Source of the DNA: Escherichia coli
GTDB lineage: Bacteria; Pseudomonadota; Gammaproteobacteria; Enterobacterales; Enterobacteriaceae
NCBI RefSeq assembly: GCF_003018115.1
Contig: NZ_CP027457.1
Reading direction: 5' to 3' (one strand)
DNA length: 64,000 nt
The notes under the pieces are model-generated. The model did not search any database. It was not told the DNA's origin and saw only the letters and a list, made by a program, of their open reading frames with translations. Made by a program: the position numbers and the translations under genes. Positions 1 to 14,846 of the stretch are shown here, one piece after another; position 1 is the first letter of the stretch; each line of letters opens with the position of its first letter.

Positions 1-933
1 AACCTGAGTCAGAAAATCAAAGTCGGCTCGCAGCGCAACTTGCTTCATTAGCGAATTGATCGCTGCCACGCTAAAAGAAACCATAATTGGGCATATCGCC
101 ATCGTGGCAATACCGAGACGTGCGGAGAACATTTCCGGAATGGAGAACGGCGAACCGACCGAGATATCAATCACCGAATTAGCCACCAGTACGATTTCCA
201 CCGCACCGGTAACAAAGGTCAACAGACATGTTACCTGCGGCGTATAGCGCACTGCACACCAGATTAATGCAGGCAGCGGGAACGCCAGACTCCCCGCTCC
301 GCCAATGACTACCGAGGCAATAACCGACACAATAAGCGCGATGGCGGGCATCATCTGTTCTGCTTTAAAGCGCGGCAGCACTCCAGGAATTGCCAACGTC
401 AGCATACAAGGCACGATCAACACGCCCGTTGAGAATTGCTCACTGAACCAGTCGGCAAGCAAGGGCCAGAAATCCAGACTATCAATACTGACCGAACCAA
501 TCGCCCCGACAATAGCGCATAATAATGCGGCAATCAGACAGTAATTAAATAGCCGTAAGGCACTTACTGGCTCATACTTATTTTTCCCCAGACGCTTATC
601 CCGCACGACCAGTAAGGCGACGGTAACAATAAACATCATATTGGAGAAATTGATAGCCAGTGAAACCAGTCCCCATTCGGTGGTTATGGCATCATAAACC
701 AGCATCGCCACATAACTGATCGCATAGTAATGCAGTCGATTAAGCCAGACATAGCGGGCAAACACCCCCGCCATTACGCCATTCAGCGGCCAGAAAAGAG
801 AAAGTTCGTGAACCAGCCGTAACTCTGCACCAATAAAATAGAACAGCGTGGTTAGCGCAAAAATAGCGATGCTATTACGTAGCAGATGACCTTCCTGGAA
901 CAAACGGAAAGTTGAAATGGGGTGTACATGCAT
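1..933 (-). CDS. yneF: N-terminal polytopic membrane part of a protein whose 3' end lies beyond the window start; position upstream of yneG fits yneF (dgcF) diguanylate cyclase
   Basis: Open minus-strand frame from ATG at 931-933 through position 1; translation MHVHPISTFRLFQEGHLL... is hydrophobic with several TM segments; synteny with yneG/glsB/sad. GGDEF domain not in window. Confidence 0.55.
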   Translation of the reverse strand, partial: MHVHPISTFRLFQEGHLLRNSIAIFALTTLFYFIGAELRLVHELSLFWPLNGVMAGVFARYVWLNRLHYYAISYVAMLVYDAITTEWGLVSLAINFSNMMFIVTVALLVVRDKRLGKNKYEPVSALRLFNYCLIAALLCAIVGAIGSVSIDSLDFWPLLADWFSEQFSTGVLIVPCMLTLAIPGVLPRFKAEQMMPAIALIVSVIASVVIGGAGSLAFPLPALIWCAVRYTPQVTCLLTFVTGAVEIVLVANSVIDISVGSPFSIPEMFSARLGIATMAICPIMVSFSVAAINSLMKQVALRADFDFLTQV

Positions 934-1071
934 TAATTATCTGTCCATACAATTGCGGGTGGCAATTATCTCAACGTAATAAGTAAATTCTCATAAAGGA
1001 TAGCATGTTCGCTGACAGCGGCGGCAAATAAAGGTACCCTGGGAATGCTATTTTATCGTTTTCCGCAATTA

Positions 1072-1431
1072 TCATGGCTGATTCATCTGTATAACCAGCC
1101 AGTGATAGATTACCGCCACGATATAACGTTGTTGTTGCTCGCTTAACGAAACACCCTGCGGAATGTTATGCCACTTAGCCAGACAACCGCGACAACAGGT
1201 TGCAGTGGCGTGCTGAGCGATAAACACCGGATGCCCGCGCATGGGGGTTTGCTTACCGTCATTAGCCGGTAATGCCGGAGCAAGACGTTTAGCGACAAAA
1301 TCCGCCGCATGTTGTTCGATGACTGGCGCACCTTTATCCAGACAATACTGACGCTCTTTCATGCCCAAACGAAAGCGAGATCGAAATTTTGAACGGGATA
1401 AACGCGCGAAGAGTGGATCGAGAGACTGCAT
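1072..1431 (-). CDS. yneG: YneG, DUF4186 family protein
   Basis: 119-aa ORF immediately downstream of glsB on the same strand; recognised sequence and synteny. Confidence 0.85.
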   Translation of the reverse strand: MQSLDPLFARLSRSKFRSRFRLGMKERQYCLDKGAPVIEQHAADFVAKRLAPALPANDGKQTPMRGHPVFIAQHATATCCRGCLAKWHNIPQGVSLSEQQQRYIVAVIYHWLVIQMNQP

Positions 1432-2357
1432 TAATAAACCGAACGCCCTAACTGTTTCGTCAATTGTTCAAGGACGGCAATGCCCGCAAGCGAGTTACCA
1501 GCATCATCCAGTTCCGGACTCCAGACTGCGATGGCCATTTCATGCGGAACAATCGCCACAATACCGCCACCAACGCCAGATTTCGCCGGTAGTCCCACCC
1601 GCCAGGCAAACTCCCCCGCGTTCTGGTACATACCACTGGTCGCCATCAGCGCGTTAATTTGCCGTGCCTGCATTGGCGTCACCACAGGTTCATCAATATG
1701 AATAGCTTTCCCCTGATTAGCCAGAAAGACAAACGTCCGGGCCAGCTCTACACAGCTCATTTTCAGAGCGCAGTAATGAAAGTAGTTTTGCAGAACGGTT
1801 GTCACGTCATGATGGAAATTGCCAAACGACTTCATCAGCCAGGCGATAGCCGCATTTCGCGCGGAATGTTCAAATTCGGAACGCGCTACCACCGTATCGT
1901 AGGAAATATCAGACACACCGCTTAAGCCGCGCACGACTTCCAGCATACGTTGCCGTGGTGCGCTTAATCGCCCTTGCAACATATCGCAAACCACCAGCGC
2001 ACCGGCATTAATGAACGGATTACGCGGTATACCCTGCTCCATTTCCAGTTGCACTAAAGAATTGAACGGTGATCCAGACGGATCTTTGCCGACGCGTTGC
2101 CAGATTTCCTCTTCGGAGTAATGACGCATGGCGACAACGAGACTCAGCACTTTGGAAATAGACTGAATGGAAAAACGTTCTTGCGCGTCTCCGGCCTGAA
2201 AAAGCTGTCCGTCAACGGTACAGATAGCAATGCCCAATCGGGAACCGTCTACTGTAGCCAGCGCCGGAATATAATCCGCGACTTTACCCTGACCAATGAG
2301 CGGCCGCACTTGCCGCAAGATGTTTTCTAAAATTGCATTATCCATGGCGACTGCCAC
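1431..2357 (-). CDS. glsB: Glutaminase 2
   Basis: 308-aa ORF with serine-dependent glutaminase family features; length and synteny match GlsB/YneH. Confidence 0.9.
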   Translation of the reverse strand: MAVAMDNAILENILRQVRPLIGQGKVADYIPALATVDGSRLGIAICTVDGQLFQAGDAQERFSIQSISKVLSLVVAMRHYSEEEIWQRVGKDPSGSPFNSLVQLEMEQGIPRNPFINAGALVVCDMLQGRLSAPRQRMLEVVRGLSGVSDISYDTVVARSEFEHSARNAAIAWLMKSFGNFHHDVTTVLQNYFHYCALKMSCVELARTFVFLANQGKAIHIDEPVVTPMQARQINALMATSGMYQNAGEFAWRVGLPAKSGVGGGIVAIVPHEMAIAVWSPELDDAGNSLAGIAVLEQLTKQLGRSVY

Positions 2358-2420
2358 TTTCTACTCCTGGACCGCAGGTCTGAAAAGACCTGCGAGTATA
2401 TCAGAGCTGAATATGTCGCG

Positions 2421-3809
2421 TCAGATCCGGTCTTTCCACACCGTCTGGATATTACAGAATTCGTGTAAGCCGAAATGGGAAAGCTCACGACCAAAGCCAC
2501 TCTTTTTCACGCCACCAAAGGCCACTCGCGCGTCGCTGGCACAATAACCATTGATAAACACCCCACCGCATTCCAGACGTGCCGCCATCTGTCTGGCCTG
2601 TGTTTCGTCGGTGGTAAAAATGGTCGCTGAAAGGCCGAACTCACTATCATTAGCCAGTTCCAGCGCATGTTCTGCATCTTTCGCAATGGTGATTGCCGCA
2701 ACGGGGCCAAACATTTCTTCCCGAAACGCGGTCATTTCTGGGGTAACATTCGCCAGAACCGTTGGCGGATAGTAGTTACCTGCCCCAGCCATCTTTTCCC
2801 CGCCCAGTAACAAACGCGCACCCTGCGCCAGGGTTTTCTCCACCTGATGATGCAGCTCATCACGTAAATCAAAACGAGCCATTGGTCCGAGAGTGTTCTC
2901 TTCGTCACGGGGATCGCCCATTTTCAAGGCTGCCGCAGCTGCCACAAAACGTTCGGTAAATGCAGAAGCAATTCCCTCTTCGATAATAAAGCGTTTTGCC
3001 GCTGCACATACCTGTCCGGTATTCTGATAACGTCCGGCTACCGCCGCTTTAACCGCCAGTTCCAGATCGGCATCGTTAAGCACAATAAATGGATCCGAAC
3101 CGCCCAGTTCCAGTACGCATTTTTTCAGTGCCGCTCCAGCCTGTGCGCCAATAGCCGCTCCCGCACGAACACTTCCGGTCACCGTGACAGCAGCAATGCG
3201 CGAATCTTTAATCATTTGGCTGACACCGTCGTTGTCGGCATTCAGCCAGCCATATACGCCTTGTGGGATTCCCGCATCTTTAAACACCTGGGCAATGAGC
3301 TGAGCACAGCCCATCACATTCGGCGCATGTTTAAGTAAGTAACCGTTACCTGCAAGAATGATGGGAACAGCGCCACGCATCACCTGCCATAACGGAAAAT
3401 TCCACGGCATAATCGCCAGAATCGTCCCCAACGGTCGATACTCAATAACCGCCTGCTGATTTTCCACCAGCGTAGGTTCCGCCTTCAGCATTGCCGGACC
3501 ATGTTCTGCATACCAGTCACACAAATTCGCCGATTTCGCCACTTCAGCGCGCGCCTGGTTGATTGGTTTGCCCATTTCACGGGTGATCATTTGCGCCATT
3601 TCTTCGCTACGGGCGCGCAGAGCCTTACCGATATCACGCAGTTTTTCAGCACGATAATCTATATTTGTCTCGCGCCAGTCGCGAAAGCCTGCTGCCGCCA
3701 GCTGAAGTGCGTTTTCGATATCATCAGCACCAGCCCACGGCAGCACAGAAAGTTGTTCACCCGTGGCAGGATTTATCGAAATTGCATGAGTTGCCGGAGT
3801 AATGGTCAT
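2421..3809 (-). CDS. sad: NAD-dependent succinate-semialdehyde dehydrogenase
   Basis: 462-aa aldehyde dehydrogenase family ORF (catalytic Cys context QVCAAAKRF, ELGG motif); synteny with glsB and yneJ. Confidence 0.9.
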   Translation of the reverse strand: MTITPATHAISINPATGEQLSVLPWAGADDIENALQLAAAGFRDWRETNIDYRAEKLRDIGKALRARSEEMAQMITREMGKPINQARAEVAKSANLCDWYAEHGPAMLKAEPTLVENQQAVIEYRPLGTILAIMPWNFPLWQVMRGAVPIILAGNGYLLKHAPNVMGCAQLIAQVFKDAGIPQGVYGWLNADNDGVSQMIKDSRIAAVTVTGSVRAGAAIGAQAGAALKKCVLELGGSDPFIVLNDADLELAVKAAVAGRYQNTGQVCAAAKRFIIEEGIASAFTERFVAAAAALKMGDPRDEENTLGPMARFDLRDELHHQVEKTLAQGARLLLGGEKMAGAGNYYPPTVLANVTPEMTAFREEMFGPVAAITIAKDAEHALELANDSEFGLSATIFTTDETQARQMAARLECGGVFINGYCASDARVAFGGVKKSGFGRELSHFGLHEFCNIQTVWKDRI

Positions 3810-3909
3810 CGGGGTATCTCCTTTATGAGTTATGGTAAAAAGATACGCAGATTTACTCTTGCTTTAAAATGAATAATATTAAGCCACTTATTCACGAATC
3901 GAGAATATT

Positions 3910-4791
3910 ATGGATCTGACCCAACTGGAGATGTTCAACGCGGTTGCCGAAGCTGGCAGCATTACGCAGGCTGCAGCAATAGTGCATCGCGTGCCGTCGA
4001 ATCTCACTACCCGTCTACGCCAGCTGGAAACAGAACTGGGGGTAGATCTGTTTATTCGCGAGAATCAGCGTTTACGTCTATCTCCTGCCGGGCATAACTT
4101 TTTACGCTATAGCCAACAAATTCTCGCGTTAGTGGATGAAGCGCGGAGCGTTGTCGCTGGCGATGAGCCGCAAGGTTTATTTTCTCTGGGTTCGCTGGAA
4201 AGCACCGCAGCAGTTCGCATTCCGGCCACGCTGGCGGAATTCAACCGTCGTTATCCCAAAATTCAGTTTTCACTTTCCACCGGCCCTTCCGGCACTATGC
4301 TGGAAGGTGTGCTGGAGGGAAAACTTAATGCGGCGTTTATTGATGGACCCATTAACCATACTGCCATTGACGGGATACCGGTATACCGCGAGGAGCTGAT
4401 GATCGTCACGCCACAAGGTCATGCGCCAGTAATCCGTGCCAGTCAGGTTAATGGCAGTAACATTTATGCCTTCCGCGCCAATTGTTCGTATCGTCGCCAC
4501 TTCGAGAGCTGGTTTCATGCTGACGGTGCCGCTCCGGGAACTATCCATGAAATGGAGTCTTATCACGGAATGTTGGCCTGTGTAGTCGCAGGAGCAGGCA
4601 TTGCGCTTATTCCGCGCTCTATGCTGGAAAGTATGCCGGGGCATCACCAGGTTGAAGCGTGGCCGTTAGCTGAGCAATGGCGTTGGTTAACAACCTGGCT
4701 GGTCTGGCGTCGTGGTGCGAAAACACGTCCGCTCGAGGCATTTATTCAACTGCTGGATGTGCCTGACTCGGCAAGACAGGGATATCAATGA
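3910..4791 (+). CDS. yneJ: LysR-type transcriptional regulator
   Basis: 293-aa ORF with N-terminal LysR HTH ([23 protein letters not shown]), divergent from sad. Confidence 0.9.
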   Translation: MDLTQLEMFNAVAEAGSITQAAAIVHRVPSNLTTRLRQLETELGVDLFIRENQRLRLSPAGHNFLRYSQQILALVDEARSVVAGDEPQGLFSLGSLESTAAVRIPATLAEFNRRYPKIQFSLSTGPSGTMLEGVLEGKLNAAFIDGPINHTAIDGIPVYREELMIVTPQGHAPVIRASQVNGSNIYAFRANCSYRRHFESWFHADGAAPGTIHEMESYHGMLACVVAGAGIALIPRSMLESMPGHHQVEAWPLAEQWRWLTTWLVWRRGAKTRPLEAFIQLLDVPDSARQGYQ

Positions 4792-4868
4792 GCTATTTTT
4801 GATAGTTCTTGCGGCTAATATGCTCTATATAGTGATGTTCCGATGACTTATGACTATATGGGGCAAAT

Positions 4869-5984
4869 ATGGTTACGCCAGTAAGCATCAGCAATTACAT
4901 ATCTCTTCCTGATGATTTTCCCGTTCATAATATTGCACCGCAGGTAAAAGAAGTTTTAAAGGATTTTATTGATGCACTTAGTACAATAATATGTAATGAA
5001 GAGTGGCGCACATCTTTAAACATCAACTCAGCCACAAAAAAGATATTTAATAACCTTGACAACTTATCATATATTCAGAGGACTTCTTTTCGGGGTAACG
5101 ACACGCTATACAATGAAAAGGTTCAGTTTAAACTCACTTATCCCGCCAGGAATGGAAGACACAAAGAAAATATTGAATTTCAGGTAGTAATAAATTTAAG
5201 CCCTATTTATTTAGATAATTTCCGCCATGATGGAGAAATTAATATTTTTTGCGCTCCCAACCCAAAGCCTGTCACTATGGGGCGCGTATTTCAGACCGGC
5301 GTCGAGCGTGTGCTCTTTCTGTTTCTTAATGATTTTATTGAACAATTTCCAATGATCAACCCTGGCGTCCCCATCAAAAGAGCGCATACACCACATATTG
5401 AACCCCTGCCTCCGGATCACCATACCGCTGCAGATTACTTACGCCAGTTTGATTTGCTTGTCCTGAATTTTATCTCTCGCGGTAATTTTGTCATACTTCC
5501 CCGATTATGGAATAACTCTGAGGTTCACAGATGGTTCGTCAATAAAGATCCTAACTTGATCACCGCCATTTTCGACATAACGGACAGCGAATTAAAAGAG
5601 GATTTATTGCAAAGCCTGATGGATTCATTAGGTTCTAACAAACATGTACTACCCGAAGTCTGCATCTGCTTTTTATCCCTTTTAGCAGAACAAGATTTTC
5701 CACATTTTCAGGACTTGTTTTTATTTTTCGCCAATATGTTGTTACACTATCACCAATTTATGAATCCCAATGAAAGTGATTTGAATGACGTGTTGATGCC
5801 AGCATCATTAAGTGATGATAAAATTATCAAACATATGGCGCGCAAGACCCTCAAACTTTTTGTAAAAAATGAAACGCCGCCAAAAGTTACTCATGAAGAC
5901 CTGGTGAAAAACAGGCCTCGCTCCCCTGTCAGACCACCTATACCCGCAACCTCCAAAACGCCAGACCTCCCTGAACGTCATTAA
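4869..5984 (+). CDS. yneK: Uncharacterised protein YneK
   Basis: 371-aa ORF, AT-rich codon usage, position between yneJ and ydeA. Confidence 0.8.
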   Translation: MVTPVSISNYISLPDDFPVHNIAPQVKEVLKDFIDALSTIICNEEWRTSLNINSATKKIFNNLDNLSYIQRTSFRGNDTLYNEKVQFKLTYPARNGRHKENIEFQVVINLSPIYLDNFRHDGEINIFCAPNPKPVTMGRVFQTGVERVLFLFLNDFIEQFPMINPGVPIKRAHTPHIEPLPPDHHTAADYLRQFDLLVLNFISRGNFVILPRLWNNSEVHRWFVNKDPNLITAIFDITDSELKEDLLQSLMDSLGSNKHVLPEVCICFLSLLAEQDFPHFQDLFLFFANMLLHYHQFMNPNESDLNDVLMPASLSDDKIIKHMARKTLKLFVKNETPPKVTHEDLVKNRPRSPVRPPIPATSKTPDLPERH

Positions 5985-6133
5985 ACCGTGATGTTACCAA
6001 CTCTCTGACGCGGAACAGAATCAGCGTCAGAGAAACGGAAAACGCGATCCAGATCACAAATGCATTGTATTCACATCATTAACCGTTTTAAGATCATTTC
6101 ATCACTTTTTCGCAACTCACCCGATAATCTGTT

Positions 6134-7324
6134 ATGACAACAAACACTGTTTCCCGCAAAGTGGCGTGGCTACGGGTCGTTACGCTGGCAGTCGCCGCCT
6201 TCATCTTCAACACCACCGAATTTGTCCCTGTTGGCCTGCTCTCTGACATTGCGCAAAGTTTTCACATGCAAACCGCTCAGGTCGGCATCATGTTGACCAT
6301 TTACGCATGGGTAGTAGCGCTAATGTCATTGCCTTTTATGTTAATGACCAGCCAGGTTGAACGGCGCAAATTACTGATCTGCCTGTTTGTGGTGTTTATT
6401 GCCAGCCACGTACTGTCGTTTTTATCGTGGAGCTTTACCGTTCTGGTGATCAGTCGCATTGGTGTGGCTTTTGCACATGCGATTTTCTGGTCGATTACGG
6501 CGTCCCTGGCGATCCGTATGGCTCCGGCCGGGAAGCGAGCACAGGCATTGAGTTTAATTGCCACAGGTACAGCACTGGCAATGGTATTAGGATTACCTCT
6601 CGGGCGCATTGTGGGGCAGTATTTCGGTTGGCGAATGACCTTCTTCGCGATTGGTATCGGGGCGCTTATTACCCTTTTGTGCCTGATTAAGTTACTTCCC
6701 TTACTGCCCAGTGAGCATTCCGGTTCATTGAAAAGCCTCCCGCTATTGTTCCGCCGCCCGGCATTGATGAGCATTTATTTGTTAACTGTGGTGGTTGTCA
6801 CCGCCCATTACACGGCATACAGCTATATTGAGCCTTTTGTGCAAAACATTGCGGGATTCAGCGCCAACTTTGCCACGGCATTACTGTTATTACTCGGTGG
6901 TGCGGGCATTATTGGCAGCGTGATTTTCGGTAAACTGGGTAATCAATATGCGTCTGCGTTGGTAAGTACGGCGATTGCGCTGTTGCTGGTGTGTCTGGCA
7001 CTGCTGCTACCTGCGGCGAACAGTGAAATACACCTCGGGGTGCTGAGTATTTTCTGGGGGATCGCGATGATGATCATCGGGCTTGGTATGCAGGTTAAAG
7101 TGCTGGCGCTGGCACCAGATGCCACCGACGTCGCGATGGCGCTATTCTCCGGGATATTTAATATTGGAATCGGGGCGGGTGCATTGGTAGGTAATCAGGT
7201 GAGTCTGCACTGGTCAATGTCGATGATTGGTTATGTGGGCGCGGTGCCTGCTTTTGCCGCGTTAATATGGTCAATCATTATATTTCGCCGCTGGCCAGTG
7301 ACACTCGAAGAACAGACGCAATAG
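6134..7324 (+). CDS. ydeA: MFS sugar (arabinose) efflux transporter
   Basis: 396-aa 12-TM MFS protein; synteny next to marC. Confidence 0.9.
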
Positions 7325-7347
7325 TTGAAAGGCCCATCCGGGCCTTT

Positions 7348-8013
7348 TTAATGGTACGTTTTAATGATTTCCAGGATGCCGTTAATAATAAACTGCACAC
7401 CCATACATACCAGCAGGAACCCCATCAGGCGGGAGATCGCTTCAATGCCACCCTTGCCCACCAGCCGCATAATTGCGCCGGAGCTGCGTAGGCTTCCCCA
7501 CAAAATAACCGCCACCAGGAAAAAGATCAGCGGCGGCGCAACCATCAGTACCCAATCAGCGAAGGTTGAACTCTGACGCACTGTGGACGCCGAGCTAATA
7601 ATCATCGCTATGGTTCCCGGACCAGCGGTACTTGGCATTGCCAGTGGCACAAAGGCAATATTGGCACTGGGTTCATCTTCCAGCTCTTCCGACTTGCTTT
7701 TCGCCTCCGGTGAATCAATCGCTTTCTGTTGCGGAAAAAGCATCCGAAAACCGATAAACGCGACGATTAAGCCGCCTGCAATTCGCAGACCGGGAATCGA
7801 AATGCCAAATGTATCCATCACCAGTTGCCCGGCGTAATACGCCACCATCATGATGGCAAAGACGTACACCGAGGCCATCAACGACTGACGATTACGTTCG
7901 GCACTGTTCATGTTGCCTGCCAGGCCAAGAAATAACGCGACAGTTGTTAATGGGTTAGCTAACGGCAGTAACACCACCAGCCCCAGGCCAATTGCTTTAA
8001 ACAAATCTAACAT
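7348..8013 (-). CDS. marC: MarC family inner-membrane protein
   Basis: 221-aa membrane protein divergent from marRAB. Confidence 0.9.
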   Translation of the reverse strand: MLDLFKAIGLGLVVLLPLANPLTTVALFLGLAGNMNSAERNRQSLMASVYVFAIMMVAYYAGQLVMDTFGISIPGLRIAGGLIVAFIGFRMLFPQQKAIDSPEAKSKSEELEDEPSANIAFVPLAMPSTAGPGTIAMIISSASTVRQSSTFADWVLMVAPPLIFFLVAVILWGSLRSSGAIMRLVGKGGIEAISRLMGFLLVCMGVQFIINGILEIIKTYH

Positions 8014-8124
8014 TGGTGGTTGTTATCCTGTGTATCTGGGTTATCAGCGAAAAGTATAAGGGGTAAACAAGGATAAAGTGTCACTCTTTAGCTAACCTTG
8101 CATCGCATTGACCAAAACTTGAAC

Positions 8125-8222
8125 CGATTTAGCAAAACGTGGCATCGGTCAATTCATTCATTTGACTTATACTTGCCTGGGCAATATTATCCCCTGCAAC
8201 TAATTACTTGCCAGGGCAACTA
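8125..8222 (+). promoter_or_regulatory. marO: marO: marbox plus two MarR operator palindromes flanking the marRAB promoter
   Basis: Palindromes TTGCCTGGGCAA (about 8173-8184) and TTGCCAGGGCAA (about 8208-8219) with -35 TTGACT / -10 TATACT-like hexamers; marbox-like GATTTAGCAAAACGTGGCAT at 8125-8144. Confidence 0.8.
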
Positions 8223-8224
8223 AT

Positions 8225-8659
8225 GTGAAAAGTACCAGCGATCTGTTCAATGAAATTATTCCATTGGGTCGCTTAATCCATATGGTTAATCAGAAGAAAG
8301 ATCGTCTGCTTAACGAGTATCTGTCTCCGCTGGATATTACTGCGGCACAGTTTAAGGTGCTCTGCTCTATCCGCTGCGCGGCGTGTATTACTCCGGTTGA
8401 ACTGAAAAAAGTGTTGTCGGTCGACCTGGGAGCACTGACCCGTATGCTGGATCGCCTGGTCTGTAAAGGCTGGGTTGAAAGGTTGCCGAACCCGAATGAT
8501 AAGCGCGGCGTACTGGTAAAACTTACCACCAGCGGCGCGGCAATATGTGAACAATGCCATCAATTAGTTGGCCAGGACCTGCATCAAGAATTAACAAAAA
8601 ACCTGACGGCGGACGAAGTGGCAACACTTGAGCATTTGCTTAAGAAAGTCCTGCCGTAA
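8225..8659 (+). CDS. marR: Multiple antibiotic resistance repressor MarR (GTG start)
   Basis: 144-aa winged-helix [28 protein letters not shown]...; first codon is GTG. Confidence 0.95.
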
Positions 8660-8678
8660 ACAAAAAAGAGGTATGACG

Positions 8679-9062
8679 ATGTCCAGACGCAATACTGACG
8701 CTATTACCATTCATAGCATTTTGGACTGGATCGAGGACAACCTGGAATCGCCACTGTCACTGGAGAAAGTGTCAGAGCGTTCGGGTTACTCCAAATGGCA
8801 CCTGCAACGGATGTTTAAAAAAGAAACCGGTCATTCATTAGGCCAATACATCCGCAGCCGTAAGATGACGGAAATCGCGCAAAAGCTGAAGGAAAGTAAC
8901 GAGCCGATACTCTATCTGGCAGAACGATATGGCTTCGAGTCGCAACAAACTCTGACCCGAACCTTCAAAAATTACTTTGATGTTCCGCCGCATAAATACC
9001 GGATGACCAATATGCAGGGCGAATCGCGCTTTTTACATCCATTAAATCATTACAACAGCTAG
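8679..9062 (+). CDS. marA: AraC/XylS-family activator MarA
   Basis: [23 protein letters not shown]... 127 aa from ATG 8679; an in-frame ATG at 8673 gives a 129-aa alternative. Confidence 0.95.
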
Positions 9063-9093
9063 TTGAAAACGTGACAACGTCACTGAGGCAATC

Positions 9094-9312
9094 ATGAAAC
9101 CACTTTTATCCGCAATAGCAGCTGCGCTTATTCTCTTTTCCGCGCAGGGTGTTGCGGAACAAACCACGCAGCCAGTTGTTACTTCTTGTGCCAATGTCGT
9201 GGTTGTTCCCCCATCGCAGGAACAACCACCGTTTGATTTAAATCACATGGGTACTGGCAGTGATAAGTCGGATGCGCTCGGCGTGCCCTATTATAATCAA
9301 CACGCTATGTAG
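9094..9312 (+). CDS. marB: MarB periplasmic protein
   Basis: 72-aa ORF with signal peptide MKPLLSAIAAALILFSAQGVA. Confidence 0.9.
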   Translation: MKPLLSAIAAALILFSAQGVAEQTTQPVVTSCANVVVVPPSQEQPPFDLNHMGTGSDKSDALGVPYYNQHAM

Positions 9313-9368
9313 TTATTGTCAGGCTCTGATCACAGAGCCTGACATCTCCGTAATATCTTCCTGAAGTC

Positions 9369-12515
<3,147 letters not shown>

Positions 12516-12561
12516 TTAAGAGTGTAATAGTTTCCTCCAGCTAACGCACTGGAGGAAAAAT

Positions 12562-12879
12562 TCAGGCATGGAGTTCTTTTCTTAATGAAATAATTTCCCT
12601 GGCTAAATCCTGGCATAACATCGCATTCATCAAATGATCCTGTGCATGTACCAGAATTAAATTAACTTTTATTTTGCCACAGCCTTCATCCTGACTAATT
12701 AACGCGGTCTGAATCTTATGTGCCTGAAGACAGGCAGATTCAGAACTGGCCATTAGCTGAGTTGCGCCCTGCCAGTCTTTTTTCCCGGCACAACGTATGG
12801 CTTCCATCGCATCAGAACGAGCCTGTCCCGCGTTGACCAGTAACTCCATAACAAGTTCTTCATCTGCAAACATCAACAT
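12562..12879 (-). CDS. PTS EIIA component, lactose/cellobiose family
   Basis: 105-aa ORF with conserved His context (LILVHAQDHLM) typical of ChbA-like EIIA. Confidence 0.85.
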   Translation of the reverse strand: MLMFADEELVMELLVNAGQARSDAMEAIRCAGKKDWQGATQLMASSESACLQAHKIQTALISQDEGCGKIKVNLILVHAQDHLMNAMLCQDLAREIISLRKELHA

Positions 12880-12900
12880 CTCCTTTCTGTGTGAATGGGA

Positions 12901-14223
12901 TTATCCGTTAGTTGTTAAGTTATTGACCTTGTTGGCGGCAATAACAAAAGGTAAATAGATCATTGTCGCCACACCTAAACATAAAAAACCAACCAGTAAC
13001 GCCAGCCAGTTTCCCCCGGTTCCGAGGAAAGCAATTAAAGGTCCGGGCGTAGTCCAGGGCACGGCATAAGCAACCGGTGGAATAATTTCCATCGAAACAA
13101 AGAAGTAACCAATGGCACAGTTAACAATGGGAACCAGAATAAACGGCACCATCATAATGGGGTTAAGTACAATAGGAAGGCCGAACATTATCGGTTCATT
13201 GATATTGAAAATACCGGGGATAAATGACATTTTTGCCAGATCACGGTATTCCGCACGCTTAGATGCGATAAAAATAGCCAACAATAACCCCAACGTCATA
13301 CCTGAACCGCCGCAGTTGGCGAATGCATCATTAATAGAAGTCCAGGTAATCGGATATGGCGCGCCCCAGGTAGTGCCGTGTTGAGCGGCCCAGGAGAGAT
13401 TCTCCAGATTAGCCTCAGAAAAAACGGTTTCTCGAATTGCCGACGTGGTATTAGGTCCGTGGATCCCCAGCACCCAGAGGAAATTACCCACAGCCCCCAG
13501 GATAATTACCGCAAAGATATTCGTTCCCATATGTTTGAGCGGCGTCTGGATTAATGTGTAAATGAGATCGTTTAATCCTGCCGGGGATATCAGTGTCAGG
13601 CAATAATTAAGTGTGGAAAAGAACACCATAACAAAAAATATTGGCAATAAAACTTTAAATGAACGCGCTACCGCAGGAGGTACAGCTGCCGGCATCGTTA
13701 TGGTGATTTTTGGGTTTCGAGCTAAGCGACAAAATATTTCACTGGTGATCAATGCAACGATAACAGCAACAAACAACCCCTGCGCGCCGAGATATTTGGT
13801 CGTCAGGAATGCTTGTCCTTCTATCATCTGATATGGTGTATAAACAATAAAAAATGCTCCTATTGCCGTTAATCCGCATAAAAGATCATCTTGCTCATAG
13901 CTAATCGCCATATTTCTGGCGACCAGGAAAGCAATCATAATTGACATGATATTTACAGAACCATTCATTACCGGAGTAAAAATAGCTTGTGCTTTTTCAA
14001 GGTTGGGGAAAATGCTGTTCAGATGCAGTAATCCGGCAATAAAACCGTCTGGCGATAATATGGCAAAGTTAATTAATATAATTAATGAACTTGCCATGAT
14101 AATTGGAAACGTAAAAACGAATCCATCTCTCACCGCTGCAACATGTTTTTGTGAGTTTAACTTGATAGCAACTGGAACAAGAAAACGTTCCATTCCACGT
14201 TCGAATGAGGCCATTAATCCCAT
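12901..14223 (-). CDS. PTS EIIC permease, lactose/cellobiose family
   Basis: 440-aa polytopic membrane protein at the ChbC-like position between EIIB and EIIA. Confidence 0.85.
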   Translation of the reverse strand: MGLMASFERGMERFLVPVAIKLNSQKHVAAVRDGFVFTFPIIMASSLIILINFAILSPDGFIAGLLHLNSIFPNLEKAQAIFTPVMNGSVNIMSIMIAFLVARNMAISYEQDDLLCGLTAIGAFFIVYTPYQMIEGQAFLTTKYLGAQGLFVAVIVALITSEIFCRLARNPKITITMPAAVPPAVARSFKVLLPIFFVMVFFSTLNYCLTLISPAGLNDLIYTLIQTPLKHMGTNIFAVIILGAVGNFLWVLGIHGPNTTSAIRETVFSEANLENLSWAAQHGTTWGAPYPITWTSINDAFANCGGSGMTLGLLLAIFIASKRAEYRDLAKMSFIPGIFNINEPIMFGLPIVLNPIMMVPFILVPIVNCAIGYFFVSMEIIPPVAYAVPWTTPGPLIAFLGTGGNWLALLVGFLCLGVATMIYLPFVIAANKVNNLTTNG

Positions 14224-14336
14224 TTTTTATACCTGCTGTTCTGGATATTTATACATCCCAATAAAGCATGTATGCCATATCCATTTTATGATGTGTGAAA
14301 AGTTAGTTCAGGTAATAGTTTAATAATATTAGATTC

Positions 14337-14648
14337 TTACTCTTGCAGTAGTTTCATCGCAAATTCAAGAACTGCCTGTCCGTTCATGGTGCCATAGTCT
14401 TTCATCTCGATAACGGATACAGGCATTTTCCCCTGTGCAACGGCTTCAATCTCCGGTTTCTGAAAGCGAACTTGCGGGCCAAGTAAAACAACGTCAACTT
14501 CGTTATTTTTAATTTTCCCTTTAGCCTCTGCAATCGCCAATGCGGAAATATTAACTTCAAGTGAAATAGCGTTAGCATGATCAATCATACGTTTAACCAG
14601 CATACTGGTTGACATGCCCGCAGCGCAAACTAACAATATCTTTTTCAT
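14337..14648 (-). CDS. PTS EIIB component, lactose/cellobiose family
   Basis: 103-aa ORF with active-site Cys context (LLVCAAGMSTSMLV). Confidence 0.85.
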   Translation of the reverse strand: MKKILLVCAAGMSTSMLVKRMIDHANAISLEVNISALAIAEAKGKIKNNEVDVVLLGPQVRFQKPEIEAVAQGKMPVSVIEMKDYGTMNGQAVLEFAMKLLQE

Positions 14649-14846
14649 ATTTTCCCTTACTGGTATATAACAGACTACATTGTGTAAATATCATATCCCG
14701 CAGTAGCTATACATCCTGGTACATTGATCACAGTAATACAGTAATAAAGTTGTTCAACATCAGGGTGTTAATTAAACGACTCGGCCATACGATAAACCAA
14801 TCAGGACTCAACCCCTTGTTTTCAATGGCTCTTAAAAGGTGCAAAA

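Noticed and set aside
56-544. Two plus-strand ORFs (63 and 79 aa) at the window start
   Set aside because: Antisense to the continuous minus-strand membrane-protein frame (yneF') that runs from 933 to position 1.
6301-6774. 157-aa ORF antisense to ydeA
   Set aside because: Embedded in a well-supported MFS transporter gene; no independent signals.
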